Of a stretch of 64,000 nt of DNA, positions 53,468 through 64,000 are shown in pieces (position 1 is the stretch's first letter; each line of letters opens with the position of its first letter). This DNA is from Eledone cirrhosa (lineage: Eukaryota), in contig OZ024742.1 in NCBI GenBank assembly GCA_964016885.1, forward strand, positions 286,502,001 through 286,566,000. The letters are read 5' to 3'. The position numbers and the translations under genes were made by a program. Under the pieces are notes generated by a model. It was given only the letters and a program-made list of their open reading frames with translations. It made no database searches and was not told where the DNA came from.

Positions 53468-55507
53468 CGCACATACACATTATATATTCAAATTCAATAA
53501 TTATGAAAAAATAAAATAGCAAGCAAAACAATGTTCAAACAGAATATTAATTAATATTAATAATACATTTTTGGTAGAAATACCCTTCTTTTAATTAAAA
53601 TAAACCCTCCAGCACGTGAACGTTAGGAAGGAGAAAATTGTTGAAAAATGTGAAGTGATCATATTCAATGTATATATATTATGTATATTATATATATATA
53701 TATATAGATAGATATATGTGTGTGTGTGTGTATATAACATATATTATTATATACACATGAAACTCAAGAAAAGTTAGATTGCATTGATATTTCATCTTGT
53801 TTAGAATAATAGAAATACTAAACAATTGAAAAAAAATGAAAGAAAATTAATAAAAATAATTCTGATCGGATATGATTTAAGGAATGCTTAAACGAAAGAT
53901 TTGAAGAAAAAAAAATCTCTTATAAAATATAAATATTAGGAAAAAAATATTTCCTGTTACACAAGAAAAATTCTTATTTAAATGAACTTAATTTGAATGG
54001 TCACCTTTTTTTTCTGTTCACATTTTTAACAATCTTCTGTGAGAAATACTCCACCGAAATGTTTATCTTTTCATAGAGAAAAAAAAAAAGATTAATATAA
54101 TATATGCAAGTATATACATATATATGTATATATATCACATATCTTTTACTTTTTTTATGTCAAATGTATGCAGTTTTGGTAGGGGCTTTGTTTTCGTTTT
54201 GAATATATATATATATATATATATATAGTGTATTTGTATGTGTGTATCTTATTGTATGTAGTGTGGTGTGGTGTGTGTGTGTGTGTATTGTGTAAGCTCA
54301 CCTATAACAACACAGCAGCAGAGATTTAAAAAAAAAGAAAAAAATGCCTTTTATGTTGAAAGCAGGAATCAGAATGAAGTTGTGGCAATCATCGATATTC
54401 CAAAGATAGCAGTAGTAGTAACAGTAATAATAATAATAATAATAATAATAGTAAGTAACTATTATATAGTAAACTTAGAAGAACCCACCTTTCCCCCATT
54501 CATGAAACCTTTCCGAGAGCGACATTAAATAGAATTAAGGAGGGAAAGTTTGTGAACATGACATTACTAACATTCTCTGTGCCAGCCATGTAAACCTAAC
54601 GTTTGGAAGAAAGAACAAGCAGAGATAGAATGAAACTAGAGAGGATGAGGGGGGAGAAAGGGAGCGAGAACTATAGTGAGAGAACCTGCAGACGTTACAG
54701 AAACACACACAGCAGCGGAGAAGTGAAGATATGAAGGGGCGAACAAGGGGTAGAACATTTTTTTAAAGATATCTTTCTTTGAATTAACACAAAATTCAAG
54801 AACCGAGCATGAAAGTCGAACAAAATAGCTTACTCATGTAGTTTAGTTGATGTATAAAGTTTTACACTAAATTACTCATTTACAGTGTTTAACTGTGAGC
54901 TGTGTATGTGTATTCTACTCGACCCCTGACATCCTTGAATGACCTTTTATGTAAAGATAGAATCAGGGGTAACGAGAGGGAGAGAGAAAGAAAGGAAAAT
55001 GAAGCCTGGATATTTTAGAGGGAAAAATGCTACAATAAAGCTGTTGTTGCTACTACGACTACTAGATAGGCATGAATAAGAGGATCAACTTAGGGTTGAC
55101 ATCAGAACTGGTGCAGTAAAATACACTACAACACCACGCTCTTCTAACAGTGCAATGAATAAGTGATGTGTGATGTTGTGGCTGTTCTGTAATGTTGTGT
55201 GCGAGTGTATTGTACTTGGAGTGAACGTGTGTGTTTAAATAGTTGCGAAGTGCTTTTGAGTTAGTTCTCCAAGGAATTCATTCGATCTTTTGTCCCCTCT
55301 TTTTCTCCAACGAAGAAAAAAATTGGTAAATATCTTTATCCATATGGAGCACTCAAAAATAAAAATAAAAATAATTCGCATTAAAAATAAAATATTAAAT
55401 CTTTTGTTTCATAAACTTTAGGCAAAACGTTAACCCATGTAGAAAGACCATTTGATTTGGAGGCATAAGATCCATTCCACTGGAGTCATTGCGATACGCT
55501 AATAACT

Positions 55508-55545
<38 letters not shown>

Positions 55546-57726
55546 TTCTAGTAATAATTCTAAGAACAACAATAAACCAGCCAGATCCGTTCATGAAAAT
55601 TATAAATGAACTGGAAATTGGTTTGGTTTACTAACTACTACAGTTCAGAATAGATTGTGCTGTTCGCCTTTGTGAGTGTGTATTTGTTGTAGGTATTGCA
55701 TCAGCATTTTACAACCTACACCAGCAGTTTATCTTGTTTTGTGTTTGTTTATAAACACACACACTCACTCACTCATATATATAGAGAGAGATATAGATAG
55801 ATAGATATATATGTGTATATATATTCATATTGTTATATATAAAACTAAGGAGGAAAAAAAAACATGAAATTAGAATAAAATAAATAAATGATTTAGTTCA
55901 TATTTCTAAGTTATTTGTGAAGATAAACGACAAAGGTTAAGACTTTGGACCTGGATTGCCATGGAAAAAAAAATATCATTAAAGGTAAATAAAAGAGTAA
56001 TATAAAAATAACAACAAAGTGCCCGTTCGTCTTAAGTTGGTTCCTTCCTCTTACTACTACTCCGCCAACACCAAGGTAACTACTACCATAGCTGTAGTAG
56101 TAGTAGTAGTAGTAGTACCCAGTATTACCACCACCACCTCCTTCACTGTTGCTGAAGGTCCGCAGGAGGAGAAATAAAAGGAAAAAAAAAAATAGAAAAA
56201 GATGCGGCAATTCGACCGAACTTGTCTGCCGTCTTTAATTACGACTTCTAAAACACGGCCAGACAGCTTCTTCTCGCGGAACACATACACACACTCAGAC
56301 ATACTGAGACAGACACACATATACACGCAGACAGAGGGCGGGAGAAAGACAGTGAGAGAGTGCAGCGAGTGAAGTGAAGGTGGGAGGGAGATGATTGTGA
56401 TTACCACCACTACCATCACCGACACCACTACACTCACTGTTCTCCTTCCTCCTCCTCGCCACACGCATTATCCATTGAAAATAGAGCTAAAAATTCACAT
56501 TAAAATACCTGATACATTTTTGGTCACTGTTACAGACTATATTTAACAATAGTACTGATATATACACACACATATACATACATACATGTGTATCTGTATA
56601 TAAGGTGGTCCCCTTAATTCTATGTCCGAGCAAATATTAGACATAGAAGTGACCCAGTGTGTATCTGTCTGGTTAGGAACAAGGTAAGGTGGTGGCGGTC
56701 GAGGTTAGCGCAAGGAGGCGAGCGGTCGCATGGAGATAATAATAATAACAGGAAGTAATAACTGCGATTGGAACATGTAATAATATATGTATATATATAT
56801 ACATACATATATATATATATATATATTGGGCATTAACATTGCAACATTATTTTTTGATAACCAATGAATTAATAATAATAATGGGGCTGCCGTCCCCCCA
56901 CCGTATGAGAATAAATTGAAAAAAAAAAGTTAAATAAAACGGACGGGAATGAACTGCTGACGGGCAGTCGAGGCAGCGTGGCAATATATATATAATATAT
57001 ATATATATATATTATATACATATATATATTATATACATATATATTTATACACATACATAAATATACATATATGTATAAATAAAAGTAAAATGGAAGAAAA
57101 AAAAACCCAAAAATGTGTCTGACCCTGAAGAGGGACAATTCAGCATCCAATGAAGGAACTCACCAAGCTATCAGTCAATTGATTTTAGACACGACCCCAC
57201 ACGGAGCGAACATTCTCTCGTTTGATGTCAGTCCGATCATAGACAGACCAGCCTGCTGATGATGATCATACTTGATTCAAGTGCCAGCCCGCGGTTAAAG
57301 AAATACATATATACATATATATACCTACACATGCATAAATATATGTAATACTTACATATATAATAAACAATAGTAAAATATAACGATATACATACACTTG
57401 ACCAACGGGCGGGGAAGCACTTACTATTTTTTGTATAAATATCATTTTTAAGGAAAAGAGTCAGTCTGTAGATAGAATTTCGCATTACAAAGTCCCTTTT
57501 TTTCCACGTTGAAAAATATATACATATACACGCATATAAATCATATAAATATATGCTTGATGTGTGTATGTATTGTATTTTTTCTTGTTTTACAAAAAAG
57601 TCTCCTCTTAACCTCGTCCTTCCACATGCCCATTTTCCCATTTCAGTAATTAGATGTGGGAGTATGAATTTATTCTCTCTTCCTCGATGTTTAATTAAAA
57701 AAAAAAATTATCAAACCTATATTTCT

Positions 57727-58338
57727 TTAAGCATCTCCGCTTCCTATACTGTCGCTCTCGGGGGTGGAAGAGCAACTGTCGTGTAAATACGAGTCATTAT
57801 CATCTTCTTCCTCTTCTCCTAAATGGCGCTCGTCGTTCTCATCAGGACTTTCCTGAATAGGATCCAAGTTAGACATAGCCGATATCGTCCTTTGACGCTT
57901 GCAACGTTGGGGCAAAGATTTCGGTTTCCGCTTCGATTTCGCCTTAGTTTTCGTTTTCGAGCTCAGAAAACGCATGATGGATGTAAGAATTCCTTTGGCA
58001 CCATTGATGGACGAATCTGTCCTATCGTTGCCAGATTTGTCCGGTTTTCGGTTGCATCCAGGCATCTTAGCATCCATGTTAGGCATTGATGTTGACATTG
58101 GCCCGCAACGACGTCCATACATCTTGGAATCGCAGAGAACAGGCAGTGACTTGGAACCATCAGCCTTAACGATGTAACTGTAAGTAAATCCATGACGGTC
58201 CTTCAGGGTCACTTGATACGCTTTGCCTGGTTGCAGTTTGAATTCCTCGTTCAACTTGCCGTTGTTCTTGTTGTTGTTTCTGCCTTTGTTCTGGTTAGAA
58301 ACAAACGGCATGTAGCCACGTGTAGCATTAGGAAACAT
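57727..58338 (-). CDS. Intronless 203-aa protein of unknown function (basic patch, RxRxxS, LxxIxE, acidic Ser-rich tail)
   Basis: ATG-to-stop ORF of complex sequence, clearly higher GC than flanks, AAAUUCAACU-AUG context, no TE motifs. Confidence 0.75.
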   Translation of the reverse strand: MFPNATRGYMPFVSNQNKGRNNNKNNGKLNEEFKLQPGKAYQVTLKDRHGFTYSYIVKADGSKSLPVLCDSKMYGRRCGPMSTSMPNMDAKMPGCNRKPDKSGNDRTDSSINGAKGILTSIMRFLSSKTKTKAKSKRKPKSLPQRCKRQRTISAMSNLDPIQESPDENDERHLGEEEEDDNDSYLHDSCSSTPESDSIGSGDA

Positions 58339-58784
58339 AGTTGAATTTCCTTGTTGAATTAAATAAAATGTTTATATATATGTATATATATGTATCTATT
58401 TATATAGAGTATTATTATATTATATATATAACTGTGTACATATATATATATATAATATATATGGAGAGATGTAGTAAATTATCTCGTTGACAGACAAGAT
58501 GTGTGGTTGTAGTTGTAAGTCACTCACAGACACAAGTATTTGATTTCAAGTAATCAAATATACATATATATCAATATATATCTTTCTTTATGACTGTAGT
58601 TGATTGTTTGTTGATAATGAAGAAATTTTGGAAAATATAAAAGATTATCCGAGGTAATGGAATATAATATAATATAATAATAATAGAATGTTAACAGCCA
58701 AGTCTAGAGCAGAACTGAAATAAGTTGTTTCTCGTTTGCCTGGCAGTAAGAGTAATGTTCAACGTTCGCACATACAGAACATAA

Positions 58785-58835
58785 ATTGAATTGGACCAAT
58801 AAGGCTGCGTTGGCAAAGATTCAATTGACGTCTGT
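58785..58835 (-). promoter_or_regulatory. Possible promoter elements of the 203-aa gene (CCAAT and CRE-like TGACGTC)
   Basis: GACCAAT at ~58794-58800 and TTGACGTC at ~58825, ~450-500 bp upstream of the ATG; short motifs that could be chance. Confidence 0.3.
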
Positions 58836-59599
58836 CTGACAACAATTTAGAACATTCCAGATTAGGGGGGTGAAGGTTGCAACTGTTAATAACCTCTTCT
58901 AGATTATTTTCTTGTCTAATAAAGTAATAAATTCGCAGAAAAATTATAGAAGACCTCCCAAGAATGCTAAAAAATATTTTTTAAAGATTTAAAACTAACT
59001 TTTCTATTAATATATTAAAAGTATGGCTGGTATTTTTCCATAAAAGACTAAGTTGTTTCCTCCATATCAAAAGTGAACTCGTCTCGCTAATAAATATTCA
59101 TGAGTTTCATGGCTTCGCGCGAATATTTCCCTCCCATTACAATCACAGGTCACATGACTATGTATATTAATGGAAATCAGCACAATGGACGAGTCTATTT
59201 TTCTATAGGGGTGCGTGGTTATGTTAGAACTAATGTTCACGGATGTTACTAAAAAACCTTTAAAATTTTCGAAAAATAAACGATTAGTTCCTTTTTATAC
59301 AGCTTTAAGAAATAATAAACCTTTATTTGTCATGTAAAATTGAAAAGATAAAAATGTCATATAACAAGCTATGTCCCCTAGAGATGTACAGTTCTGTTGA
59401 CCGCCATCACTTACTTCAATGGAAAAATATACTAGTAGAATTGACCAATGAAAATGCCTGTTTAGAGTTGCGTACTACGATTAACGTGAACACTATTGTT
59501 GGCAAAAATTTAGGGTGAACTATTAATGCCCCCCCACCCAAAACCTTAGAATATCAATAAAATATAATCTACTACATATATATATACATACATACATAC

Positions 59600-59632
<33 letters not shown>

Positions 59633-59975
59633 CATGTGTGTATATATGTATAAAATAGTAATTACGAATATGTAGTATATATTTATATACATGTGTGTAT
59701 GTAAACACAACTGTGTGTATATACACCATGTTGTATATGACAGTGTTTGTTTGTTTACATGCGTGCGTAGTTACTAAAAGCCCACTCAACTTTTATTTTT
59801 ATTCCCTATATGCGTGGTATATATATATGTGTATGTATATGTATATATGTGTGTGTATGTATATGTTTATATATGTATATAAATGTATATATACATACAT
59901 ATACATATACATACACATATATACATATGAATGCACACACATAGATATACACTTGTATACACATATACACATATG

Positions 59976-60041
<66 letters not shown>

Positions 60042-60117
60042 TATGTATATATATATGTATATATTTGTATAACATTTGCATGTATATGTATGTTTAATAT
60101 AAGTATATATATATGTG

Positions 60118-60172
<55 letters not shown>

Positions 60173-60183
60173 ATCTATATATA

Positions 60184-60260
<77 letters not shown>

Positions 60261-60281
60261 CTATATATATATATATATATA

Positions 60282-60421
<140 letters not shown>

Positions 60422-60444
60422 TATATATATATATATATATGTCT

Positions 60445-60499
<55 letters not shown>

Positions 60500-60746
60500 T
60501 ATATATATATATATATATATATACGGATTGGACACTACCGTAAACTCTTGGTAGATTTATCTACATATATATATATATTTATATATATGATTGTTGAATT
60601 GTATTCCGTATTAAAACTGAAAAAAAATAAAACGATTAAAGTTGTGATTTAATATATCAATAATAAAGGTAAATCAATTTATGGAAAAATTACTCTTACA
60701 GGACTAGTCCTGTATCTTAGGATTAACTAATATCGATTTCAATATA

Positions 60747-60859
<113 letters not shown>

Positions 60860-60983
60860 CCACAGATGTAATGTGGTTCATTGATTACTCAATGAATATA
60901 GTTTTACAATAGATTAAAAGCACTCTACCAATACTGGAATTGAACCATCAAGACCGTAGAGGTATGTCATACATCAGTTCATG

Positions 60984-61049
60984 TATTTTATCTGACGAGG
61001 ACGTACTGAAAAAACAGCACAGTACCTTCAAAATATATATAATAAAATA
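60984..61049 (+). ncRNA. Hammerhead motif with a G12-to-A core substitution (probably inactive)
   Basis: TATTTTAT-CTGACGA-GGACGTACTG(loop)CAGTACCTTC-AAAA-TATATA-TA-ATAAAATA; perfect 8-bp helix I. Confidence 0.72.
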
Positions 61050-61091
61050 TATATTTTGATTATGTGAATGTCTTCATTTATTAATATTCTG

Positions 61092-61212
<121 letters not shown>

Positions 61213-61262
61213 CATATATACAATATATTAATAAATGGAAACTATATTTATAAAACCATAAT

Positions 61263-61328
61263 TATTTTATTATATATATTTCAAGGGCGACCAAGGTAAA
61301 TTATGGTGCGCTTTCATCAGATAAAATA
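61263..61328 (-). ncRNA. Type I hammerhead motif (family of 12803-12867)
   Basis: TATTTTAT-CTGATGA-AAGCGCACCA(loop)TGGTCGCCCTT-GAAA-TATATA-TA-ATAAAATA. Confidence 0.8.
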
Positions 61329-61395
61329 CAGATTTGTTTTATAAATAAATATTGACATCCATATATATATATGTGTATGTGTGTATATATATATA

Positions 61396-61427
<32 letters not shown>

Positions 61428-61444
61428 GTTTATATACATATATA

Positions 61445-61479
<35 letters not shown>

Positions 61480-61489
61480 TTTTTCAATC

Positions 61490-61986
<497 letters not shown>

Positions 61987-62309
61987 CATACATACATACA
62001 TATGTACACGTACATAGACAGACATAGAGAGCTAACACGTAGAAAAAGAAATACTTAACTGTCGACTACACACACACGCGCTCACAGCACACACGCAACA
62101 CAGCACACACGCAACACAGCACACACGCAATACAGCACACACGCAGCAGACATAGGCGTGAGTGTTTAACCCTACACACAGACACAGAAATAGTAGAGGC
62201 AGGCAGAGAAACACTTATGTTCACAATACACTATCACATGTGTTGCGTGGGCGAAGTTTAAAAAAATAAACCACAATATTTACAAACAAACCAAGATAGT
62301 AATAAAATA

Positions 62310-62745
62310 ACGGTTTCTGATTTAAGCACAAGGCCAGCAATTATGATGGGAGAGGGGAAATTACTGGTGCTTTATTTTATCGACCTCCGTAAGGATGAAA
62401 GGCAAAGCTAACCTCGGCGGGATTTGAACTCAAAACGTAAATAAAATACAGGTTTCTTATTTAGGCACAAGGCCAGCAATAATGGAGTGAACAAAATCGG
62501 TTAAATCGAACAGTGAATTACTGGTACTTTATTTTATCGATTCCAGTAAGGATGAAAGGCAAAGCTAACCTCGACGGGATTTGAAATCAGAACGTTAATA
62601 AAATAAAGGTTTCTTATTTAGACTTAATACTAGCAGCAATAATGGGGGAAAGGGGAAGTCGATTATATCGATCTCAGTACGTTACTGGTACATAAGGATG
62701 AAAGGCAAAGCTAAACTTGGCGAGATTTGAACTCAGAACGTAAAT
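62310..62745 (-). mobile_element. Head-to-tail trimer of 5'-truncated SINEs
   Basis: Three units of aaggatgaaaggcaaagctaa...gatttgaa.tca.aacgt. Confidence 0.85.
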
Positions 62746-62819
62746 ATGATAACGCCTAAAACTGCGTGGTACTTATGGCTGCTGTAGTAGTAGTAGTAGT
62801 AGTAGCAGTTGTTATGCTG

Positions 62820-62851
<32 letters not shown>

Positions 62852-63199
62852 GGTGTTGTATTTTGTAGTTGGTGTAGTTGATGTAGTAGTAATAGTAGTA
62901 GTAGTAGTATTGCTTTAGTTGGGGTTGTTGTAGTCGTAGTTGTTGCAGTTGCTGTAGTAAATGTAGTTGTTGGTATTATTATATTGTTGTAGTTGGTGTT
63001 GTAGTTGTAGTTGGTGTAGTTATTGTTGTAGTTGTAGTTGTTGTAATAATTGTAATTGTAGTTGTAGTTGTAGTTGGTGCGAAGATTTTATATAACACCT
63101 TTAAACGTATGGAAACTTAGTGGAATCAAAAAACATTTTGTTTTATGTAACATCACTCTGGAGTTTCACCTGACTTTACATAAAACAAAAATTGTTTTA

Positions 63200-63345
63200 G
63201 AAAGAGTCGGGGCCCAAAATTCTGAGTCTGGAATTAGGGGTCGAAATGGCAAGAGCTCAGCCGTAGGGTCCCGACTTTTTCTAATGTAGTCACCCTCTGC
63301 TATCCCAAGTATCGAGTACTCTGTTGAATAATGGTTTTACTAGTT
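63200..63345 (+). mobile_element. Diverged family B element
   Basis: GTC-GAAA-TGGC-AAGAGCTCA-GCCG-TA-GGG, then the aagtatcgagtactctg tail. Confidence 0.6.
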
Positions 63346-63411
63346 CAATCCTGATATATATATATATAATAGATATCAATCGAAGTTGTAGCTGCGGTAT
63401 AGCAGATACCA

Positions 63412-63786
<375 letters not shown>

Positions 63787-63836
63787 TTTATTTGTACTGC
63801 CTTTCTGTTTTTGTTCCCGTCCAAGTTTTCACTATT

Positions 63837-63939
<103 letters not shown>

Positions 63940-63952
63940 ATATATATGTATA

Positions 63953-64000
<48 letters not shown>

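Noticed and set aside
55685-55725. let-7-like miRNA hairpin (TGTAGGTTGTA on the minus strand)
   Set aside because: The seed GAGGTAG is absent and the hairpin is too short and imperfect.

Overview
AT-rich, microsatellite-saturated eukaryotic DNA. The SINE families and the (TA)n/(TG)n density resemble a coleoid cephalopod, probably Octopus (inference). Most ORFs in the supplied track are microsatellite artefacts. Recognisable content: decayed non-LTR retrotransposons (Tx1/L1-like, CRE, two R4/Dong-like, CR1-like), two bipartite RTE derivatives, many tRNA-derived SINEs including composite subfamilies, hAT-like MITEs, a probable non-autonomous Helitron, several minisatellites, and one credible intronless 203-aa gene (57727-58338, minus) beside a ~15 kb TE-poor region. 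The main finding is a dense population of short, mostly (TA)n-embedded elements carrying minimal type-I hammerhead ribozyme (HHR) motifs of the Penelope-like-element (PLE)/retrozyme kind. I count 12 full or near-full motifs from about six sequence-distinct families, plus six loci carrying only the 3' half. They occur as direct repeats 645 nt apart or as fold-back palindromes whose junctions lie at or near the ribozyme. All structures were paired by eye, element boundaries are approximate, and activity is untested.
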